A stretch of DNA of 64,000 bases from Rhina ancylostomus. Lineage: Eukaryota. Below are positions 46,502 to 57,713 of the stretch, one piece after another; position 1 is the first letter of the stretch, and every line of letters starts with the position of its first letter. The DNA is taken from positions 60,507,996 through 60,571,995 of the forward strand of contig JARFYF010000001.1 of assembly GCA_030265395.1 (NCBI GenBank), written 5' to 3'. Made by a program: the position numbers and the translations under genes. A model generated the notes under the pieces. The model was not told where the DNA came from, did not search any database, and worked only from the letters and a program-made list of their open reading frames with translations.

Positions 46502-47059
46502 GTGAGTAGAATTTAACCATTCTTTGACTAACTTGATGTGAGTAAAGCTCTTGCAGTGATGGATTATAGAAAGGCATCATCAGTCCAAGCACTGAGCTGT
46601 ATAGATCAAAAGACCAAGCTTTAATTTTCAATCCCTACTGATCAATTTTTGGCGAGATACTTGTTGCATTCTCTATTTGGCCTTCTTGTCAACACACAAG
46701 GGAGATGAGAAAATATTTGCCATTGCTCCCTTCTCTATTGGAAAATCTATGCATGTCTGAAGATGAAGATTTTTGCATTGTTTGCATTAGAAGGGTTGAG
46801 GTTTAAGTAAGATAACAAGTTAGCTGGCTTCCACAGATTTGCCTCCTAGCAAGATTTATCATCCTCAGGAAAGAAAGCAATGGAGAAATGTATTTCAATG
46901 ACTGCATAATGGCAGTCACCCACCTCTTGGAAAAATCTTATTATTCTTTCTTCTTTCTCCCTCCATTCTAGCTTTTCAATTCCAGTTACTCAGCTATTGA
47001 CCACTGGTCAGGAATGCTGATGTTTGTGGCCACCTTGAGAATTTTTTTTCTATACTCAG

Positions 47060-47470
47060 TATCAGGATGCTGTGATAAGGGTGTTACATAGCTAGCAAGG
47101 CCAATATTTATTGACTCTCGCTAATTGCCCTTAAAAAGGTTATATTTTGCTGTCACCTTAAACTGCTGCAGTTTATGTATTGAAGATACTTTCATGATGC
47201 ATTTAAATATGTAGTTCTAGGGTTTTGCCAGTTTAGTGTGGAGAGGAACTTGCAAATGGTGCTGTTCCCATCCACTTGCTACCTTTGACTATCTAGATAG
47301 CAGAGCTTTTGTATTCAGAAGGTGCTATCAAAAAAGCCTTTGCCAAGTTGCTGCAACGTACCTTATTAATGGTACACAAGAGTGACTTTTTAATGTGGTT
47401 TTAGTGCCAATCAAGTTGGTAGTGTTGTTCTTGACTGCATCAAACTTCATGAGTGTTGTTGGAGCTACCG
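47060..47470 (-). mobile_element. L2/CR1-group LINE 3' end
   Basis: Reverse complement of the 11980-12400 sequence family. Confidence 0.65.
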
Positions 47471-47810
47471 TCACAGCCCTGCCTCTGACAACTCTGGGGA
47501 TCACTCCTTGGAGCTATCTGATCTGCTTAACAGTTGAGGGATTGAAGTAGCCTAACTGCATCTGAAACTTAATTGTGAGTTTTTTGTATCCCGTTCTTTC
47601 AAGAAGAAACTGTTAAAACAAGTGAGCTTTCTTCAGCACATCAAAGTGGGAATATTAAATAGAATAGTGTACAAAGTGCACTAAGGTCATAACATATAGA
47701 TTAACATAGAATGAAAATACCCTTGCTTTGTTAGTTATCGAAGATTTCAGGAAGAGTTACCTGTCTGATTTATCACAGTGAAATTTAATTCTCTCATTGG
47801 TTATCCATAG

Positions 47811-47936
47811 GTAATGGGTGTCGTTGGACCATCAAGTGTTGCAGATGGTTTACCTCTTTTGCACTTGAGTCCATACCTTTCTCCTCCACTACCCTTCAGC
47901 ACAGCTGTCGTTAGGCTTGTTGCTTTACAAATTCAG
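47811..47936 (+). CDS. UNC80: UNC80 exon 21 (VMGVVGPSSVADGLPLLHLSPYLSPPLPFSTAVVRLVALQIQ)
   Basis: ccatag|GTA...CAG|gtatgt; 126 nt, phase 0-0. Confidence 0.97.
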
Positions 47937-49116
47937 GTATGTTTATTTTGTTGATGAAAGTCATGAAGGTAAAATTACTCAAAGTCCATCAATTTGCAAT
48001 TAGAAATACTACAGAAACAATGGAGAAAAACATATGCAGATTTATGTACTTGTTGCAGAGTTTCTACCGAACTGCATCCACAGATTGGAAAAGCCAGTTG
48101 TAAATTCCATGGTATATTGTACAAGCAGAGAACTACTAATGGATAACTGAAACAAAACATTAAATATAACACACAAAGAAACAAAATGATGGAAGAGTAC
48201 TTTTGGCCATTTTAATTTATTACTTCAAATTTTTTCAGCTGAATCATCAAAGAAAATAATTCATCCAACTAAAACATAGAAATCCAATCAAATATATTGT
48301 AATTGAAAAATAATCAAAGACTAATGCTGGAAATTTGAAATAAAAGCAGATTGCCAGAATTAGTCAGCAGATCACACAGCATCACTGGAGAGAGAAACAT
48401 ATTTTTAGGTTTGATGACCTATTAGAACAGAGAAAAGTTAGAAATCAAACATGCTTCAAGTTGCAGAGAAGGGGAAGTGTTAGTGAGACTAAAGAGAACA
48501 TGTATGATACGGTCCAGATCAGGAAAGACTGAACAACACAAATGGTGGCAGTGACAGAACTGGCTAAGATGAAGGCTTGTTTAATCACAGGAGATCTGTC
48601 TGGAGAAGATGTACATTGAAGAAGGCAAATGCAAAAGAGGAAGAGAGAGAAAAAGGCCGTAAAAGACAATGCTAGAGTCATGAGATTCCAGCTGGAGAAG
48701 CAAGTTACTGCAGATGTTAGGTCAGGCAGCATCTGATATGAATTGAATTATATTAGTAGATAATCGATACACATCTGTTCAGTGAGCAGGGATTATCCTG
48801 TCAGTCCAGTTTCCTGTCACCTTAATTCTGATGCTGATAAAGGCTTGCATAATGAAAATGCAGTCTTTCTCAGATGTTGCTTTCCAGAATTCTAAATATG
48901 TGTTACCAGAATTTTTTCCTAAAATATGTTAAATTGAACTATCAATCATTTTATCTTGATTTGATATAGATATTAAATTAAACATTTCAAGTATCTTATA
49001 ACTTTGAAATAGTTACCCTGGACTTCTTAAGCCAAAGACCTAAACAAATATTTATTGTCATAGAACACATTGAAATGTTGTTTAAAGAATTCTAAGTAAT
49101 CTTTTTTTAATGAAAG

Positions 49117-49240
49117 GCTTTGAAAGAAGATTTCCCTTTAAGCCATGTGATTTCCCCATTCACTAATCAAGAAAGAAGGGAAGGGATGCTTCTGAACCTT
49201 CTAATACCATTTGTGCTAACAGTTGGAACTGGAAGCAAAG
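49117..49240 (+). CDS. UNC80: UNC80 exon 22 (ALKEDFPLSHVISPFTNQERREG...VGTGSK)
   Basis: tgaaag|GCT...AAAG|gtcagt; 124 nt, phase 0-1. Confidence 0.96.
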
Positions 49241-49551
49241 GTCAGTTGCTATGATTCTATTTAAAAGTAAAAGTTATTTTTGTGCATCTTACCACCATGA
49301 ATTAAGATTATGGATCTTAGTTTGGCTGAATTTTACAATCACTGCAATCTTTCAGCGAAAGGAAATTAGTTTGTAGGCAGAAAGGCCAGTAAAGGGATAG
49401 AGGCAATGGGCAGCAACATTCTTTAAATTTATCTATTAATTTTCTATTTATTAACTAAAAGATAGGCTGGCGCTTCCTGATTTTAAATTGAACTTGATGA
49501 TATATGATTCTCTCACTTTTTAAGTGACACGAATACTCCTCTCTGCTATAG

Positions 49552-49758
49552 ATAGCCCCAACTTGGAGCAGCTTGAGGTTTTCCTGCTGTTACAGACTGT
49601 AATCAACATCCTTCTCCCACCACGAATCATCAGTACCTCCCGGAGCAAAAACTTCATGTTAGAGAACTCTCCAGCACATTGTTCAACTCCAGGGGATACT
49701 GGGAAGGACCTGCGACGGGAAGGATTAACAGAATCAACAAGCCAGGCAGCTTACTTGG
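49552..49758 (+). CDS. UNC80: UNC80 exon 23 (DSPNLEQLEVFLLLQTVIN...STSQAAYL)
   Basis: ctatag|AT...TTGG|gtaatg; 207 nt, phase 1-1. Confidence 0.96.
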
Positions 49759-50370
49759 GTAATGTGGGAAAGCATTTTTTTTGTGGTAGATAATAAAAGA
49801 TGAGCTTTAAGTTGACTCTATCTCTATGGAATTATATATCCGATTGTGGTATTTATTGCCAAATTCACATCTCACTGCCACTTAGATATTTTCACAATTG
49901 AAGTTAATTTGATTTTGGGATTGCACTATCCAACTGTGCTTGCTAATTGACATAGAACAGATACTGACTTAAAAATAATTTACGCCAATGTTTGAATTGC
50001 ATGTGTCAGTAAATATAAATACAGAAAAGCAACAAAATGGCAATAATTACGGAGTTTATGTACCTCAAGAAATTGGACTGATGACTGGGTTGGCTGAAAT
50101 AATGTAAATAACTTCAGAGCATACCTTATCTGCATGCTGCTGAGTTGTGTTTTGTTATATACATAACATTAATAGAGAAGTTCATGGAAAGAAAAAACTG
50201 TACTTTTAATGTTATTGCTTTTCAGTGTGATATAGTCATATTTATTTATTCCCTTATTTTAAACCAACTAGCTATATTGTTAATCCTGTATGAAATATAC
50301 TTAGATGAAATTAATTATTATTAGGCCTCAATTACTGATTTTTCTCTTTTAATTACACTGCTTATGTTAG

Positions 50371-50555
50371 CATTAAAGGTGATCCTTGTGTGCTTTGAAC
50401 ATCATTTGGGTAGTCAGTGGTACAAGCTCAGTTTACAAGTTAAAGAAATGGCACTACGGAAGGTTGGAGGTCTTGCCATGTGGGATTTCATAGACTTTAT
50501 AGTGAGAACAAGAATCCCTATCTTTATTCTTCTGCGTCCTTTTATCCAGTGCAAG
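50371..50555 (+). CDS. UNC80: UNC80 exon 24 (ALKVILVCFEHHLGSQW...RPFIQCK)
   Basis: tgttag|CA...AAG|gtaaaa; 185 nt, phase 1-0. Confidence 0.97.
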
Positions 50556-50935
50556 GTAAAAAAATTTTTCTTTTCTCTTTTTTGAATTTGTGACAATTGC
50601 CTTAAATCTTCATATTGTCTGACCTTCAGAAATATAGGCCAAAAGTTGTTTTCATTTTGAAGAGCCCCCTCAATCCTGAGTTTCCACTTTTAACTCAATT
50701 GCATATTGCTGAATGCAAAATCTGATGAGTCGTGCAACTAGTCAGTGATGTAAAATGTAACTTCTGTTTTAATTTTGATTTGAAGTAATGTTCCTTCATA
50801 TAAATAAAAGTGGTAAATTAGTGGTTCAATTAAAATAGCTGAAAATTGATGTTTATAATCAAACTATTAATCTACCACCTGATGTTAAATTAATGACATA
50901 TTTATTTATCTTCTAAAAGTATTTTCTTATTATGT

Positions 50936-51225
50936 TGGAGTCATAGAGTCATGGAGCACAGAATCTATCCCCTCAGCCTACCATGTTCATGCCAACCATC
51001 AAGTACCCATCTATGCTAATCCCATTTTACCAGCTCTTGGTTGTATCCTTCTATGCCTCAGCAATTCAAGTGCTCATCTCAATAATTCTTAAATGTTAAG
51101 AGAGTACCTGCCTCCACCACCTATGCTGAGTAGTGTGTTCCAGATTCCAATCACCTCTTGATGAAAAAGTGCTTCCTCAGAACCGCTCTGACTCCTTGCC
51201 CTCTAATTTTTGACGCCTTCACTAT
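50936..51225 (-). mobile_element. CR1 3' tail
   Basis: GAGTCATAGAGTCATGGAGCACAGAA..CCTGCCTCCACCACC..GTTCCAGATTCCAATCACC. Confidence 0.75.
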
Positions 51226-52206
51226 ATTAGTTAAATTCTCAGTAAATTGAAACCAAAAGTCATACTTAACAGTTATTAGGAGGTATTTTTGATGGCCATG
51301 CACCCAAAAAATTCAATTTGATTTTCACAGCCTCCCTGGTGACCTATAAATGAATTCATTTTGGGGAAATTGCCAGATGAAATTAACTCACAGTTGACAA
51401 GTGGCCAGTTCGGTTGTCAGGCTTCCTTCCAGCACACAAGGCTGCAGAAATCATGTTGCTGTAAACCTAAATGGCTGATAAAATTCAGCAATCTTTTGTG
51501 TTGGTTTTGACCAAAGAAGCCTTTGCAAATCTTACTATTTTTTCTCGGTCATGCATTTGGCCCTTTAATTCCATGATGCATTTCTGTTTCAAGTGCTGCA
51601 ATTCTTCAAAGCAGCATCTGCTCAAGGAGCACACTTACATATTAGCATCTAAGGTCTTTTGCTCTTCTTTGCTATTCCCTAGACTGCTTTTGCTTATGGA
51701 TATCTTAATGTATAATTGAACAAGCTTTGCTCCGGGCTAACATCAAATGTAATTAAAAGCTCTTGGAGCCTGCAAGCCTGCCTATCCTCAACAACATTGG
51801 TTCCAAATTTAAGTGTTACATGTGATTAAAAACTTGTCTGTTTGTTTAATGAGATGAGTCACAAAAAATTGATTGCTGACATTCCTCTAGCCGAATCAGC
51901 AGATACGTAGATGGCAGTAGTCATTTTCTTCTAGGCTAACGCTCAGACGGTTAAATCTAAGTTATGGTGTCCTTTACAAGAAACAAAGAAAAATTAGACT
52001 CAATCAACTCACGCTCCTCAGTTAGTTGCTTGCTGCAGAGCTTTGTGGGTAAATGCGTTACAATGTTACTTGGTGCATCTGGATTGGTTAACGGTCTATC
52101 CTGAGATCCTATGGGGATAAAAGATGAAGAGGAATAGTGTTTAAATAGGGGTGAAGTCAAAATAAGGGCAAATTATAATTGCTCTTTTTCTTTGGGATTT
52201 TTCTAG

Positions 52207-52372
52207 CTGCTAAGTCAACCAGCAGAAAATCATGAGGAAGTAACTGCTCGGCATCACATTATAGACCAGCTGGAGCGCCGATTTATTCCAAGGCCACTCA
52301 GCAAGAGCTCACTTGTCGCTGAGTTTAACAGTGAATTAAAAATCTTGAAGGAAGCAGTACATAGTGGATCAG
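52207..52372 (+). CDS. UNC80: UNC80 exon 25 (LLSQPAENHEEV...KEAVHSGS)
   Basis: ttctag|CTG...TCAG|gtaatg; 166 nt, phase 0-1. Confidence 0.96.
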
Positions 52373-54437
52373 GTAATGGTAACCTAAGCATGCAAATTTT
52401 GTTCCTTGTAAATTACTGCACTTCATGTATAAAATTAATAGTTTATTCACAATACAAGTAGCCTAACTTTCTGACCAGGGGCTAAATCAGGTGACAGAGC
52501 CCTATGTGTGAGGGTATTTGGAAACATGATGATAAAGTAGTAGAGCTGATTGCCTTGAGTTGAATTAACAGAAAAAAATGTTTTTTTTTTGAATAACTTT
52601 TATCCGTGTTTACAATTTGAATCCAATTCTGTGATTGCATGCCGTGAGATTAGTTGCAGCTTTGGCACAGGAGCATCATACATTTGGGAGAGCAGGTTCA
52701 CGATTTGTTTCCTACTGGGCTGGACTCTGTAGGCTGCTACCTTTTATGTCTCCAGGGGCTTTTATTCATTTCATACCTTAATCTTATAAAAGCTTAAGTT
52801 TTGTGATCCAGATTTTAGTTTTATTGCTTAAAATAAGTGTAATTTTAAATGCTTCAAATGCTGTACATAGTTGAGCAGTGCAATAGACTGCATGCCAGGA
52901 AAACTGGCGGACAGCACACGATATCTGCAGATCGTAGCACTGTGCTTGCTATTGACCATTGATAATTGCCTTAACTTGCTCAGCTGCAGCTGTACCAAGA
53001 TCATCTGCANNNNNNNNNNNNNNNNNAGACAGCCAGATCAATGGTGGCCAAGGTCGAACGTGCTCTTAATTGTTATGTCCATGACTCATACTCATCTACC
53101 ATTTCAATATTACTTAATGTGCTGTTTATTTATGTATAAAAGAACTGATTGATGTTCCAGTCACCATGTTCTGCATTTTCACCTACTTTCCCACTTGTTG
53201 CTTTGCTACTTTGATGTCATGACTACTAGTCACTGATAACTTGGAAACCCCACTTGAGTGAGCATGTTTGTGATATAGCTGTTTGACGTGTGAACCCCTT
53301 AAAAGATGTGTGTGTGGCAAAGCTTTCAAATTAACCCAGTTGAAAAGTAGGTATGTGTGAATGCATTGGCAGAGCATTAAGATTGTGTAAGGGAGCTGAA
53401 GTGGGTAGTAAATGTGGCAGATGTTGACAGGTAATATTTCTGACATACCATTTGGGCAGAGTACCTGGTTACTAGTCCTGTTGAATTGTGTTTTGCTTGG
53501 TTGCTGAGTGTTTTGTGGTAGATTATGTTATCTGGCTTTGCAAGTTTAAATCTGCATTAGTCGTGAACATTTTGCACAAGAAACAGTTTTCCTGGTACTG
53601 CAACAAGACTGCAGAATTGTCCATATGTTTTGTTTGTTGCTCTGTGTTAGTGTAAACCATTTTTGTAATGGAAGTCAGAAAAATGAAGGATTAGTGCCCA
53701 TGCCATCCACAGGGGAAAGGAAAATCAACAAAAGGGCTGATAAAATTACATAAAATATTGGAATGTAATATATTTTTCTGTATGACAGTAACTATTATAC
53801 ATTCAGATTTAAACATAAAATTATTAAAAGAATTGAATTATGCTTCAGTTCCACCAAGTCTATTTCTGCAGCTTCCCAGTATTAGTAGCATGTGAATGCA
53901 GATTAGGGACTCAGTAGTATCACTAAGATGCATATTTATTTTCTTCGCCATTTTGTCAAATTTCATTGCCTTACAAATTGCACACCATTGTGCATCCTCT
54001 GCATTGAGAGCTGGATAGTCCAGTCACTGACTTCTGCTCAACTGCTGTCCTTGTACTTTCTGATTAGGTGGTGAGTGAAATGAGCTCTTCTTGGGTGGTT
54101 TCTAACTGCTTAGCACAGAACTGAATAAACTTGCCCAACTGTTATAAGCAGTAACATGGCCTTATGGTTTGGACTCAAATCTCGTTTGAGCTCCTAGGAT
54201 TCCATGGCAACCTAGGCAGGAGCACCTAATCCTGCCCTCAGATACAAACTAGCAAAATTCCACATTTTCCACCACCCGCTACTTAAAAGATTTACATTTT
54301 ATCAATATTTTCTGCTGATTACAATTTTTGTGCAAGACTCCTGTTACTGCTTGCAGTTGATGAAAGTACTAAGACTCTAATCAGAAACTTGCAGTGCCAT
54401 ATTTGTCTCTCATAACTTGTTCATTATATCTTTGCAG

Positions 54438-54617
54438 CATACCAAGGCAAACCTTCCATCAGCACTGTGGGAACTTCCACATCAGCTTACCGCTTGAGTC
54501 TGGCCACCATGTCTCGTTCAAACACGGGGACAGGCACTGTGTGGGAGCAGGACAGCCAACCTTCTCATCAGGCCTCTCAGGACACACTAAGCAGGACTGA
54601 TGAGGAGGATGGTGAAA
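54438..54617 (+). CDS. UNC80: UNC80 exon 26 (AYQGKPSISTVGTSTSAYRLSLATMSRSNTG...TDEEDGE)
   Basis: ttgcag|CA...GAAA|gtgagc; 180 nt, phase 1-1. Confidence 0.95.
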
Positions 54618-56089
54618 GTGAGCATTTGTCATTAACAGAGCTTCAGTTCAACTTGCATGCTAATTGCTTTTAACAGACTACACAGTTTATTCATCCTTTG
54701 CATTTTTTTTCCATTTCAACAATCATAATTTAGGGCTATGAAAATTAGCATGAGCTGCAGTTTTTTATATTTGATACTTTATAAGATCTATGTTGAATTG
54801 TCTTTGAATGGTGCCTGTTGGAATGTTGAATGCACCTTTGTAGTTTAGAAATATTTCCATTCTTTAAAGTATTTGCAATAGAATTGTAAAAGCCTCACAT
54901 TTACACAGGCAATTCTAATTCAAATTAATTCACTGTCATGTGCATAGAGAGCATGATGATTAATGTTACATTTTAACTTTAATAATCTTTAATTTGGGAC
55001 ATATTTGGTTCTTTGTCCAAAATACAGTATGTTTTCTGCTTTTTGGTTTGAACAAAGCTTCCTGCTTTACTTTTCCCTACTTTATTTCTTGTACAATACT
55101 GAGCTACAATGATTAGGTTTGTCCAGGTGGATCCTACTGATGTAACTGATCCAAAACATGGCACCAAAAGTTGTGACACTTAATGCCAATGGAGGGTGTG
55201 GCTGCCTGCTTGTTGTAGGCACTTCTGCACTCCAACCCCAATCCTTCCTGCCCCCCCCCCAACCTTTCATTGTTCCAGCTGCAATGGAGTATTGGTCATG
55301 CTTGTTACAGATGTCCAGTGCAACATTGCTTGCTTTGTATTACTGCATTGAGAAATTTCTATCCTAGCATCTCTAGGCAAGTGAGTGAAAAAGATGGGAA
55401 TTTCTTCTCTTGATTTTTGTTGAGTGAGTTTAGCAGAAGTTCCATCTCAGAAGTTAATCATTAATTGCAGCACGGTTAAAATAGACCAGAAAACTCATTA
55501 AAATTAACTAGCAGCCTAAAAGGATAAACCAACAATTAATTCATAAATGCTGGGTGAACTTTGAAATTGTTCTACTAATAGGTATGTGCTCTCAAGTTCC
55601 ACAATTTGCTGGGTGAATTTATTACATGGAGCAAATGGCTTGACCTGCTCAATTTCACAAAACAATAATTGCATCTTCCTTTCAATGTTTTAATTACCAT
55701 TTTCAGTACTCTGGCACAAGAAATATTGCTGGCCAATATGGATAATTAGATGACTTTTCTGCCAGTAAAGCAATCTCCTCAAATGCCAGGGATTTTATAT
55801 CAAAAATATAAGAATCATAAAGTATAGCCTGGTTTGAAATATGGATGTTCAACATGGTTGGTATCCATTATAGAGTACGAGAGGTTTGTATTTATTTAAT
55901 GCACATATTTCCTTCAGAGTATCCTTAACTTCTTTGCAACCAATTTTAAATAAGCAGTGTCCTATAAACAGCTTATGATGGCCAGATAGTCCGTATCTAA
56001 TATTTGTTGAAGGATCATTTTTTTGCCAGTAGGGTGGATGTTTGGATACACTTCCAAATTTCCACATATTATTCATTTTATATTTACTT

Positions 56090-56445
56090 ACAATATAGGA
56101 GGCCATTCAGCCCATCGAGTCTATGCCAACTCTCAGTACAATTCCATTACTCCACTTATTTTCCTGTAACCTGTGCTCTCACTTGTTCATTCTTCTACCA
56201 TCCACCTACAGTAGAGGTAACCTACCAAACAGCAAGCCTTTGGGATGTGTGTGGGTATGTGTGTGTGTGTGGGGGGGGCAGGGGTGTGTTGGTGGAGGTA
56301 AGAAACCAGAGCACCTGGGGAAAACCCATGTGCTCCCTGGCAGGACAAGCAAACTTTGCACAGACAGCATCTGAGATCAGAATTGAAGTGGAGCACCAGA
56401 GCTGTGAGGCAGCTGCACCACCTACAATGCCACTGAGCCACCCAT
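56090..56445 (-). mobile_element. HE1-like V-SINE (with a GT microsatellite)
   Basis: AAACCAGAGCACCTGGGGAAAACCCATG is the reverse V-domain; CR1-type tail AGGAGGCCATTCAGCCCATCGAG at about 56098. Confidence 0.75.
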
Positions 56446-57565
56446 CACCACTTTCCCTCTTCATTAGATAGCAAAATAAACACATCACAGAAATAAACAC
56501 TGAGGCAGAAGGTGCATCCTGATAGAATACATTGGGTGTAGCAATAAAGAAAAATACAGCATGTGATACTTCTCTTAGCCTAGCATTCTCTCTATCCTCA
56601 ACTGTGGTCTCATTGTCCCAACACATGACTAAAATGATGTGTTCTTGACAGATTTTCTCATTTGTTAAATGCACTGTGTTTAGTGACCTTTGAGCAAGGA
56701 TGAGGTCACTACAATCATCAATCCAGATCACATGCATTAATTTCCAGGAAATGTGCATTCAAACCATGTGCAATTTTCTTAAGCTTTCAAATAAAAATAG
56801 AGATTTTTGCAGACAGTATTAGCAATTTAGTAAATTAGAACCACCATTACAATGTTACTATGCTACCTTTCAATATATTTACTTCTAAGATCACACAGGC
56901 AAAAAAAAGTATTTGGCTAGAATCTACATCCTTATGAGTTGACTAATAAAGTTGATCTCATGTTGATATACTTCACAGTTGAATGCAGAGTTGCAAGAAC
57001 AAAGAAATGTGATTAAATCTTTCCTGTTAAGTAGGAAGTGATGTATGGTAGCTGAAAGCAAATATGGGAAAAGGAGAAATGAGAATATTAATGAATTAGA
57101 GATGGCTAACAGAAGAAGCTTTCTCATTGAACCTAAACAGTTCATGGGGATTCTGAGTTAAAGTCCCCTGTTCCCACCATGGGTGGATTGTCATGCATCT
57201 ACGTTGAAATAATTGAAAAGTTTATACCTGAAATGTGCCTTTGCTACATTTAAAATAAAAGTAAATTGCACAGGAGGGAATTTAGTTCTGACATTTTTCA
57301 GCTTATGGGATTACCTAATTGACAACTGCTCAGGTGCACAAAAAAGGCAATTTAAACTTCACTTTCAGAGTATATAAAAATAAATCTGGTAACTATGTTT
57401 TTGCAACTTCTAAAACCTCATCACAGAAGTACTTAAACTGCTTTTATTGGGAGTTCCAGCATGTTCCATGCCAGCTTTATCATTTTAACCACTGTCATTG
57501 AGGCATCATAACACTGATATTAATATAGAAAAGTGATTAAATAGGTTTTCCTTTTTGCCTTGCAG

Positions 57566-57713
57566 ATGACACCGTAAGCATGCCTAGTGTGGTTAGTGAA
57601 CAAGAAGCATATCTGGCCAGCAGTAGTCGAGGACGCCGTCGATTTTCCAGCCACATCTCCACCATGTCTGCTCCTCAGTCTGATTCAGGAATTAGAATTT
57701 TGCCCAGCCACAG
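57566..57713 (+). CDS. UNC80: UNC80 exon 27 (NDTVSMPSVVSEQEAYL...RRRFSSHIST...ILPSH)
   Basis: ttgcag|AT...CAG|gtaatg; 148 nt, phase 1-2. Confidence 0.95.

Noticed and set aside
54166-54180. 12/13 complementarity to the putative editing codon region at 47865-47877
   Set aside because: It is short, 6 kb away and across several exons, so expected by chance.
56004-56758. Overlapping 155-aa and 178-aa ORFs
   Set aside because: They span a SINE and a GT microsatellite and show no protein-like features.
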